Under the pieces are notes generated by a model that was not told the origin of the DNA, made no database searches, and saw nothing but the letters and a program-made list of their open reading frames with translations. Positions 53,521 through 64,000 of a stretch of DNA of 64,000 nucleotides are shown in pieces. Source of the stretch: Octopus vulgaris (Eukaryota). Position 1 is the first letter of the stretch. Every line of letters begins with the position of its first letter. The stretch covers positions 28,830,001-28,894,000 of the forward strand of contig OX597828.1 in the NCBI GenBank assembly GCA_951406725.2, written 5' to 3'. Made by a program: the position numbers and the translations under genes.

Positions 53521-53931
53521 GAGACATATATAGTCAATGTTCTTTGCATATCCCGAGAGAGAGTTGAGAATATTCTGTACAAAGAGTTTGGCCTGACAAA
53601 GGTTTCTGCTTACTGGGTGTCACGTTCTATGACACCTTATCATCTTCGTTATTCTTCTGATTTGGCCCCATCTGACTATTATCTATTCGCCTGGAGGAAA
53701 AACGCTTGACTGGGAAGCAGTATCGCAGTGATGATCACAGCATGTCTATACTGTTGATGACTTTTTTTTTATTAAGAGGATGAAAGCTCCTTCACCAATA
53801 GGATCCAAGAACTGCAACAGCGACAGAGAAAGTGTGCAGACCGCAAAGAGGACAGTGTTGAAAAATAAACTTCTTTCGCTCACATTCCATGAGGGTATCT
53901 TGGTCAGCCTATCAACTTTTCAACCGACCAT

Positions 53932-53933
<2 letters not shown>
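53521..53933 (+). mobile_element. Decayed, internally deleted mariner transposase with right TIR
   Basis: ISRERVENILYKEFGLTKVSAYWVSR (WVPHEL region) almost adjacent to HLRYSSDLAPSDYYLF (YSPDLAP motif), C-terminus IQELQQRQRKCADRKEDSVEK*, then ..AACTTTTCAACCGACCATCC|TA. Confidence 0.85.
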
Positions 53934-53970
<37 letters not shown>

Positions 53971-53971
<1 letters not shown>

Positions 53972-54154
53972 AAACAATTGCAGCATGGAAGGTGTTTATA
54001 AGCCATTGAAAATCACACAAAAACCGTGAGATTCACTTCAGCATTTAAATTTAATTTGTGTTTCGTCGCTTTGAAACCGCGACCTGTTGACTGACAAAAT
54101 TTCGTGCTGCACTTTTATATGACTTATAAACACCTTCTAGGCTGCAATTGTTTT
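53971..54154. repeat. Fold-back repeat with 36-bp inverted arms (possible Penelope-like inverted end)
   Basis: AAAACAATTGCAGCATGGAAGGTGTTTATAAGCCAT (53971-54006) vs 54119-54154, 3 mismatches. Confidence 0.75.
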
Positions 54155-54207
54155 TGTTTCAGCACACGATATCAGATCAAGTCACTTGCTATGCAAGTAC
54201 TTCTCCG

Positions 54208-54261
<54 letters not shown>

Positions 54262-54267
<6 letters not shown>

Positions 54268-54437
54268 CTAAACGTTTCAACTACATGTGCTTATCGCGCT
54301 ACTAACAGTTTCCCGTACATGCGTTTGAATAGAGGTACTAAACTTTTGCGAGTAGAGTGCGATTGGCGCCTGACGAACGTACGCGGGAAACTATTCGTAG
54401 TGCCATAAATACACGCAGTGGAAACGTCTAGTAATAT
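54262..54437. mobile_element. Fold-back MITE-like element with ~60-bp imperfect TIRs
   Basis: ATATTACTAAACGTTTCAACTACATGTGCTTATCGCGCTACTAACAGTTTCCCG pairs with CGGGAAACTATTCGTAGTGCCATAAATACACGCAGTGGAAACGTCTAGTAATAT. Confidence 0.7.
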
Positions 54438-55219
54438 TGAACCCTCATTTGATGGAGGACTCTTCGTATTGACTTTTACGCAGTTAATTTCTCATATATA
54501 TGTTGTTTGTCTTGTTTTCTATTTGTGTCTTTCGTTGTTCGAAAACATAGTTCATATTCCATGTACTCGTACTTCGTATTTTTTGGTGTACACGTTTCAT
54601 GACGTCCTTTGCCCACATATGCATGTATCTATACTCATAGATGTATGTACATATACGTATGTATATATGCATATATGTATATTATATATATTATTATTAT
54701 TATATATATATATGTATGTGTGTATGTATGTATGTATGTATGTATGTATGTATGTATGTATGTATGTATGTATGTATGTATGAATGTACGTATACACACG
54801 TATCCACGTACGCGTGTCCACACACATACACACACAAACACGCACACACGCGCGTATGTGTGTGTATGTATATATATACATACACACACACAATTCATTC
54901 CGTCTTTACCATCAATTCAGTAATATACTGACGAACTACTTTGATTTATTTTTATTTTACTTATTATTGTTATTATCATCATCGTCGTCGTCATCATCAT
55001 CATCATCATCATCCTCCTCCGTCATTCCTCTTCTCAATAATTACAGGAAGTTTTCTTTTATGTTCTGTATGTACCCTTCTTACAGAGAAACATTTATTTT
55101 CTACCCCCCCACCACCACCACCACAACCACCGCTACAACCGCCACCACCACCATCTCCTTCACTTCAGATGAATATTCCGATGCCGTTCTCTCTGATCTC
55201 CACGCACACACACACACAT

Positions 55220-55250
<31 letters not shown>

Positions 55251-55574
55251 CATACTGCAGACCAGACACCCACACTCCCTACCAAACTGCCCGCCATTGT
55301 TGTTTGTATGCCTTCCGGGGCCGCAGTATTGGGTCCGAACAGGAGCTAATATCTTCTTCGTCCATTATTTCATTCTCTTTTTGTAATAATCCCCCGGTCG
55401 ACCGGTAAATACCAATTTGACCTCGAACCTTGTAAATAGCCGAAACAGTCCATGGTGAGAGAAAGAGAGGGAGAGAAAGAAAGAGAGAGAGAGAGAGAGG
55501 TGGAGAGAGAAAGAGTGGGGAGGGAGGGAGAGAGGGAGAAGACAGCAGGTGATTAACGAGGAAGAAGCAGAACA

Positions 55575-55584
55575 AAGTAGTAGT

Positions 55585-55668
<84 letters not shown>

Positions 55669-55897
55669 GGTGGTGGTGGTGGTGGTGGTGGTAAGAAGAA
55701 GAGGAAAGAAGAAGAGGAAAGAAGAAGAAGAAGAAAAAGAAGAAGAAGAGGAAAGAAGAAGAAGAAGAAAGAAGAAGAAGAAGAAAAAGAAGAAGAAGAG
55801 GAAAGAAGAAGAAGAAGAAGAAGAAGAAGAAGAAGAAAGAAGAAGAAGAAGAAGAAGAAGAAGAAGAAGAAGAAGAAGAAGAAGAAGAAGAAGAAGA
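55575..55897. repeat. Successive (AGT)n,(GGT)n,(AAG)n microsatellites
   Basis: Seen directly. Confidence 0.92.
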
Positions 55898-56082
55898 ACG
55901 AAGACAACGGCAACAATAACAACAAAAGTACTAAAAAAGTGAGTGAATGATGATGATGATGATGATTTTGATGGTGACTGATAATGATGTTATGTATAAG
56001 TACGTTGCATAAACAAACATTTCTTTTATGTATATGTGTGTGTGTGTGTGTGTGTGCCAATTTAGCCAATGTTGACAGGTAT

Positions 56083-56117
<35 letters not shown>

Positions 56118-56169
56118 TACACACACAGATACACATACACACGCACATACTATATTCAAAAGCTGATAT

Positions 56170-56255
56170 GATTACGATGGTGATGATGATGATAATGAGG
56201 CGCATGACGATGATGACGGTGCAGGTAATATTGGTGGTGGTGATGACGATGACGC

Positions 56256-56298
<43 letters not shown>

Positions 56299-56521
56299 GA
56301 TGACGATGATGACGTTGATGATGATGATGATGATGACGATGATGATGATGATGATGATAACGACGATGATGATGATGATGAAAGCGATGATGATGATGAT
56401 GATGATGACGATGATGATGGCGATGATGATGATGACGATGATGATGATGATGATGACGATGACGATGATGCTGATGATGATGACGATGATGATGATGATG
56501 ACGATGACGATGATGATGATA

Positions 56522-56552
<31 letters not shown>

Positions 56553-56606
56553 CGTTGATGACGATGATGACGATGATGATGATGGCGATGATGATGATGA
56601 TGGCGG

Positions 56607-56648
<42 letters not shown>

Positions 56649-56860
56649 CGATATTGATGATGGCGATGATGATGACGATGATGATGATGATAACGATGAT
56701 GATGATGATAATGATGATGATGACGATGATGATGATGATGGTGGTGGTGGTGATGATAATAACGACGACGACGACGACGACAACAACGGTAACAATGATA
56801 GTGGTGATGAAGGCGGGGTTGTTGTTGTTGTTGTTAGTGGTGGTGATGATGGTGATGATA
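56170..56860. repeat. Long (GAT/GAC/GGC)n microsatellite
   Basis: Seen directly; source of the poly-M/I/S ORFs. Confidence 0.95.
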
Positions 56861-57438
56861 ACAAAGAAAAATATACGAGAATATAGAGGAAGAGGAAGAG
56901 GCGGAGGAGGAAGAGGCGGAGGAGGAGGAGGGAAGTAGGGGGTGGGGTGGGGGGACAGAGGCAAAGGGCCGAGGTTTACCAGAAGCATTTAGCGCATGTC
57001 ATGAGTTTTGAGTAGTGGTCATCGGCATTCGATTGCTGATGGCAGATGTTAGGGGGGGGGGGGTTAGATGGTGAAAGCAAAAGGGAACAAAGACTGTCTT
57101 AAAAGGATGTTGCAGCTTTAAAGGGAAACATAGGGGTCAAAGCAAAAAGATTATAACTTCCATAACATTTACAATGTTCGTCGTTTTAGTAGAATCTTTC
57201 GCTTGTACGCAAACCAGACTGCCTCCAACTCTCGATCACCATCTCACAATACGTACAGCCATCCACCCCCTCCATCCAAGCACGCCCACCCACACTCACA
57301 CACACACACATATGCGCATACACACATATATACGCTCGCATACAAGTATATGCATACATATTTGTGTGCCTGTGTATATATATAGGGCTGCTTCTGAGTT
57401 TACGTATATGTGAATGTATATATATATATGTATGTATG

Positions 57439-57498
<60 letters not shown>

Positions 57499-57607
57499 TA
57501 CATATATGTATATATGCACACATGTGTGTATATATAGACATATTTACATCCAGACACACACACACACATATACGTATATATATACACACGCACATACATT
57601 CCTACAT

Positions 57608-57664
<57 letters not shown>

Positions 57665-57776
57665 CATACATACATATATGTATACATATACATATATATA
57701 TATATGTATACACACATACATACATACATACATACATAAATATGCATATATATATATACATACATACCTACCAACC

Positions 57777-57834
<58 letters not shown>

Positions 57835-58177
57835 CCTACATATATGCACACCACCACAACCGTTTCCATTATTACCATCACCATAAGCATGAAAATTCTT
57901 TTTTTGTATTATATTTTTATTATTATTATTTTATATATATTTGCTTTTTTCTTTCCTAATGTTGTCGTGGCTAATAGTTGTTGTTATTTTTGTAGTTGTT
58001 GTTGTTTTTGCTGTGGGTATGTATGCTGTAATACATACAAAAACACACAAACACACGCCCATACACATACCACCACCCTCTCCGCAAATACGTTGATGGC
58101 AATACCAAGAATTAATATGTACTAACTAAGCCGTAATCTCAACAAATCCTCCAGTATGTACAGATTCTCATCTCTGT

Positions 58178-58367
58178 ATTCTTCTTCTTTTTCTTCTTCT
58201 TCTTCTTCTTTATCTTCTTCTCCTTCTTCTTCTTCTTCTTCTTCTTCTTCTTCTTCTTCTTCTTCTTCTTCTTCTTCTTCTTCTTCTTCTTCTTCTTCTT
58301 CTTCTTCTTCTTCTTCTTCTTCTTCTTCTTCTTCTTCTTCTTCTTCTTCTTCTTCTTCTTCTTCTTC
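58178..58367. repeat. (TTC)n microsatellite; (TG)n at 58745-58844
   Basis: Seen directly. Confidence 0.95.
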
Positions 58368-58525
58368 ACCACCTCTTTCTCTCTCTCTCTCTCTCACTCA
58401 TACACATATTTCTATACACAGACAACCACAGATGCATAAGCGTTTCTTTAAGTATGTGAATGTGTGTGTATGTATATGCGTATCTGTGCAGTGCTAAATT
58501 CTGTCTGTCTATCTGTCTCTTCAGT

Positions 58526-58591
<66 letters not shown>

Positions 58592-58741
58592 TACACACAG
58601 ACACAGACACACTCACGCCCTCATACACACACATTATTTCAAAAGTTGAGAGTTTACTCTGAGTTTTGCTCTTGGCTGTTTATGGCTGTCCTGAATAGCC
58701 AAGGGCGAAACACATAGCAGACTGTCAACTTTAGATTATAC

Positions 58742-58846
<105 letters not shown>

Positions 58847-59201
58847 TGTGTATGTCTGTGTGTGAATATATCATGGAAAGACTACGAAACACTGCGTCCT
58901 CGAGAAAAACAGATTTGATTTTCGAAATCTGCATCCCAACGACAACGTATTCGGTTATAATTAATCGAAAAATTCAATTTGCTACGAGAAATAACTCAAC
59001 TTTTAGAGTGACGAATCTCCCACTCTCACTCTCTCTCCCTCTCTCCACCGGGCCCTTTCTGTTTCATGCCTTTCCCCTCTCTTTATCATTCTCTGTCTGT
59101 ATAAGTATATCTCTCACGGATGCTGCACTCCGCTCTGTCTTCGGTTATGGCATGTGATTGCTTTCATTGTGTTTAAAACTTCGTCACTGTCATGTTTCCT
59201 T

Positions 59202-59659
59202 CAAACTTCAAACTTCAAACTTGAAATCTTCAAAGCCACAGTCGAACCAATTCTACTACATGGCTCAGAAACCTGGACGTTATCAAAGAAGCTTGAGAGG
59301 CGGTTGGATGGAAACTACACTCGCCTCTTTATGAGAGCTCAAAATCTCTCGTGGAAGCGCCATCCAACCAAAATGCAAATATATGGGAAACTACCACCTG
59401 TGTCATCTCTTGTGAAAGGTAGGAGAGTCCAGTTTGCTGGACATTGTTGTAGAGCTGAAAAAGAAGTAATTTCTACTCTTCTCCTCTGGAAGCCATCTAC
59501 TCGCAATACCAGAGGGCGCACACTCTCCTACCCTGATGTAATCTCCAGGGAGATCAGGCATCCAGCAACAGGACCACCCGTAATGCCATGATGGACCGTG
59601 AAGTCTGGCGTAGCATGGTAAATTCCATTGTCTCGACCACGGTCGAACAATGATGATGA
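59202..59659 (+). mobile_element. 5'-truncated RTE-clade LINE 3' end with TSD
   Basis: KLEIFKATVEPILLHGSETWTLSKKLERRLDG..RVQFAGHCCR (RTE-type region after the RT: LLYGSETW, FAGH); hairpin TCGACC-AC-GGTCGA and (TGA)n tail; TSD ATGTTTCCTT at 59192-59201 and 59660-59669. Confidence 0.88.
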
Positions 59660-59952
59660 ATGTTTCCTTTCATTTTATTATACACAGCTATCACGCAGGA
59701 AATGCTTGCTTTCAAATCCTCTTTTCTGATTGAGTAAAAATGATCAATCTTTAGACCTCTGTAACATTTTTCTAAATTGTCTCTGGAATAAATAGATTTC
59801 AAAACCGTATTCAGCGTGAAAAAGTACATCAATATACCTGAATCTGTAGCATCAACAGTTTGTCTTTCATTTACGCTTTTCTTATTGTAAACTTCCTTCT
59901 ATCTATATATATATTTACCACACTCTCTATCACTCTCTGTATATATGAATAT

Positions 59953-60107
59953 CTATTTCTTTACTACCCACAAGGGGCTAAACACAGAGAGGACAAACAC
60001 GGACAGACAGACAGATGAAGTCGATTATATCGACCCCAGTACGTAACTGGTACTTATTTAATCGACCCCGAAAGGATGAAAGGCAAAGTCGAACTCGGCG
60101 GAATTTG
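59953..60107 (-). mobile_element. SINE family B, 3' part
   Basis: Reverse of the family B tail and central domain. Confidence 0.85.
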
Positions 60108-60425
60108 ATGAATATCGCTCACGCTGAGTGTGTGTGTATGTGTGAATGTGTGCGCGTGTGTGTGTGTAATCATGTGCGTAAGGAATTTTATTTGGGTGAC
60201 AGAGTTAAAAGACCCCCCCACAAAGCATCAGCAGCGACTTCAGAAAAATCTCTACATCTATGCACCAAACGGAAAAACAAAAACTTAGTTTATTGATGCA
60301 TTAAAAATTGTCCAAAATAATCCAGAAATTTGTCTTGATTAGAAGATCTGCAAAAAAAAACAAGCTTGGTTTTCGAGAGCAGAGACATAAAGGCTGAGGT
60401 ATATGTGAGAATTCTACTTTGATAT

Positions 60426-60828
60426 CTTTACTCTTTTACTCTTTTACTTGTTTCAGTCATTTGACCCCGGTCATGCTGGAGCACCGCCTTTAGTCGAGCG
60501 AATCGACCCCGGGACTTATTCTTTGTAAGCCCAGTACTTATTCTATCGGTCTCTTTTGCCGAACCGCTATGTGACGGGGACATAAACACACCAGCATCGG
60601 TTGTCAAGCAATGCTAGGGGACAAACACAGACACACAAACACATACACATATATATATATACATATATACGACAGGCTTCTTTCAGTTTCCGTCTACCAA
60701 ATCCACTCACAAGGCATTGGTCGGCCCGAGGCTATAGCAGAAGACACTTGCCCAAGATGCCACGCAGTGGGACTGAACCCAGAACCATGTGGTTGGTAGG
60801 CAAGCTACTTACCACACAGCCACTCCTG
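60426..60828 (-). mobile_element. SINE family A, full length
   Basis: Reverse complement of the family A consensus. Confidence 0.92.
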
Positions 60829-60995
60829 TCGACCTTAATTGAAAAATATTCAAACGACTGCAATCCGGTATTAAAGCAGTAGTTAAAATCAGGCGAATTT
60901 TTCGGGGATATCCCTCCTGAAAAATGACTCTATTACGAGGGACTATGACCAAGAGCGAAAAGAGAAATCAATAATACTTATAGAGATACTTATAC

Positions 60996-61412
60996 GCGCA
61001 GGAGTGGCTGTGTGGTAAGTAGCTTGCTAACCAATCACATGGTTCCGGGTTCAGTCCCACTGCGTGGCATCTTGGGCAAGTGTTTTCTGCTATAGCCCCG
61101 GGCCGACCAATGCCTTGTGAGTGGATTTGGTAGACGGAAACTAAAAGAAGCCTGTCGTATATATGTATATATATATATATATATATATGTGTGTATGTGT
61201 TTGTGTGTCTGTGTTTGTCCCCCTAGCATTGCTTGACAACCGATGCTGGTGTGTTTACGTCCACGTCACTTAGCGGTTCGGCAAAAGAGACTGATAGAAT
61301 AAGTACTGGGCTTACAAAGAATAAGTCCCGGGGTCGATTTGCTCGACTAAAGGCGGTTCTCCAGCATGGCCGCAGTCAAATGACTGAAACAAGTAAAAGA
61401 GAGAGAGTAAAG
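60996..61412 (+). mobile_element. SINE family A, full length
   Basis: Complete head-to-tail copy, 167 bp from the inverted copy. Confidence 0.92.
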
Positions 61413-61699
61413 ATTGATCAAAGACAAGATAATGGAGAAGAAACAACACTGGAAGACAAAGCAACTGGAAGGATCACTGCTCACGGTGAGCATTAATAAC
61501 CTTTTTAGTAGACTAAACATAAAAACGAGTACCATACCAGGGGATTTTAATTTGAATTGTTTGAACATTTAGTTTTAAAGCATAAAACAGTAAAGCTTAA
61601 AGCTTTGGTCGGTCCGAGGCTATACTAGGTGCCAAGCAGTGGGACTGAACACGGGATCCTGTGAACACGGGATCCTGTGAACACGGGTTCCAAATTGTT

Positions 61700-63300
61700 C
61701 TTCGGCGTAATGGAATAGGGAATACAAATATTGAACATTTATTAAGTGCTGTAGTTCGCCTGATAAACGAGAGTTCAAACTTTGGTTAATTAATGTATGT
61801 ATACACTGGTACCACGAGCAGGACTTATAGCTAACAAGAATATCCCTAATATGGACAAAGGGGACGAGGACAATCTACCGTCGTAAATTGAATAAAGGTT
61901 TTAGTCAGGAATTCACAGACTGTTATTGGATACAATCTGAGATATCAGCTTCTCAGAACACGCTTATGTTAATGCTTTTGACGCAGATGCCTGACCATAG
62001 AGCCGACATTGATAGATAGACTTGGTTGTCTTGTTGTGACTGCTTCACCTTTTACTCTGGAACCCGGTTTGAACATCTCCAAAGAAGCTTCGTTTTATTT
62101 TCGTCATCAACTCCTTTGATAAAGACATAGGAATCACACAATGGTTTCGAAAATAAAGGTAAACGATAGAAAATAGGTTTCTTACTGAGATTTTGCGAAT
62201 CACAAACATTAAAAAAAAAAACATATTGAATGTTCTTGAAAAGCATACGATGACAGTTGTTAGACTGCGGCCATACTAGGGCAGCGCCTTGAAGAATTTA
62301 TTATTCGAATTAATCGATTCAAGTACTGGCATTTTAAAGACTGGCACTTATTATAGCAGTCTCTTTTTTGCGTAAAACAACCAACACCGGTTGTCAAGCG
62401 GTGGAGGATGGGGGGGGGGAGCAAACAGAGACACAAAGACACGCGCGCACACAGACACACACACACACACATACACACATATATACGCGTAAATATATAC
62501 GACGGCAATTCTCATCTATCAAATCTAATCACAAGGCTTTGGTGGGCCCGAGGCTATAGTAGGTGCCAAACAGTGGGATTGAACATGGGATGCTGTGGTT
62601 GGGAAGCAAGTTTCTTACCACACAGTCACGGCTACGCCTACAGTATATTTATTCTTAATACGTTCCAGTAGATTCGAACGCAAATATGCTAGTCGCTGTT
62701 ACGTATGTCACATGAGAACAACTTCACCTTTTACACTGGCGCAAGGGACCCTGGGACACTGGTTTTTCGAAATATTGTGTCTCGTTAGCCAGAAATGCTC
62801 GGGTCTTCGAGCTTAAACGAGCCAGTATATAAACTCGTACAATAGAACGAGAGTTAGCGTCTCTTTTAGATTCTTCTAAACGTTGGAAAAAGCATGAACC
62901 AAGTCTTCCAGAGTCGCAGTGCCTCGTTTAATGCTGTTATTTTTTGCATTTTCCTTCATTTCCTTCTTTAATAGGTGTTACTTCATAAGAAAAGACATGC
63001 CTGATAGTAAGTCGATCTCGATTATGTTCAGGGATGAATATGAAGTCATTGAGACTGAATGATGTCAGCCATCTTTGCCAACAAATATCTTCCAAAGGGT
63101 CATCAAATGACATCGCCATTATTGGTGGTCGCAGAGACGTACACACACTAAATAAGATAGAAAATGTCCGAAACACATGGAAACAAGGAATCCTAGGAGG
63201 AAATTATGAACATCATTACTCTGTATAATAGTCACGTGGTATTTATTAGAATGCAGGCTAAATGTGTCAAGATTGTCAATGAGGATAATGACTTCAGTGT
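61700..63300 (-). mobile_element. Possible second, very decayed Gypsy pol relic (RNase H to integrase), interrupted by a family A SINE at ~62260-62640
   Basis: Weak minus-strand similarity: TSLRPP..WQRWLTSFSLNDFIFIPEHN (RH end) and LWSGI..DCIQ*Q..PFVHIRDILV (integrase zinc finger and core start). Confidence 0.3.
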
Positions 63301-63546
63301 TAACATTTTTGAGACAAACTCTGTTTTATATTCTGGATGCACTATACAATATTATAAGCCTATGTAGTTATATGTTGGTGTCATTCGTAAAGTGATGTTG
63401 TATATCTTTGCTTGTCATATAACGATGTTATTTGCCGCAGTTCATCAGATGTTGCATGGATTTGAATTTGGTTACTCAATAAACTGTATAATTTACATTA
63501 TTAGATTCAATAATTGAAGAATACATAATTATATGAACAACAAAAA

Positions 63547-64000
63547 CTGCAACCTGGCAGAATCGTTGGAACATCAGACAAAACGCACAGCGGCGTTTCG
63601 TCCGTCTTCTGAGCTCAAATTCCGCAGAGGTCGACTTTGCCTTTCATCATTTCGGGGTCGATAAAACAAGAACCAGCTGAGTACTGGGGTTGATGTATAA
63701 AAAAAAAGGTACCAGTCCAGTAAAGGGTGTTAGTCGCATCGTCTAAACCCCTCCCTCTCGAAAATGCTGCTCTTGTGCCTACATCATATACTAATATTAT
63801 ATTTGTTTTTTATTACCCACAATGGGCTAAACATAGAGGGGGCAAAGACAGACAAACGGATTAAGTCGATTACATCGACTCCAGTGCGTAACTGGTACTT
63901 AATTTACCGACTCCGAAAGGATGAAAGGCAAAGTCGACTTCGGCGGAATTTGAACTCAGAACGTAACGGCAAACGAAATACGGCTACGCATTTCGCCCGG
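63547..64000. mobile_element. Tail-to-tail family B SINE pair (plus 63547-63780; minus 63810-64000, running off the window)
   Basis: Central domain present in both orientations. Confidence 0.85.

Noticed and set aside
61647-61691. 16-bp tandem repeat GAACACGGGATCCTGT x2.8
   Set aside because: Local slippage within a family A SINE fragment.

Overview
AT-rich, repeat-dominated eukaryotic DNA with no multi-exon protein-coding gene that I can recognise. The tRNA-headed SINE families, the extreme microsatellite load and the divergent GC-rich 5.8S suggest a coleoid cephalopod, probably Octopus (inference, not verified). Nearly all ORFs in the supplied track are translations of microsatellites or SINEs. 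Supported content: more than 30 copies or fragments of three modular tRNA-derived SINE groups; a decayed Ty3/Gypsy element (gag-PR-RT-RH-IN, ~2.3-5.9 kb, minus); 3' ends of an RTE LINE (with TSD) and an L1/Tx1-type LINE; two mariner derivatives; a Tigger/pogo-type MITE; a non-autonomous Helitron; an isolated 5.8S rRNA with partial ITS1/ITS2; and one candidate coding exon (7632-7926, minus). The best candidate for an under-described system is a short TSD-flanked retroelement that joins a tRNA-type Pol III head to a minimal hammerhead ribozyme (37690-37906), with a second, fold-back copy at 11034-11217. Also notable are a flank-including inverted duplication bracketing 35.4-39.9 kb, two close inverted SINE pairs (possible ADAR substrates) and a phased double RFX X-box at 52816-52850. 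All calls were made by eye; no searches were run.
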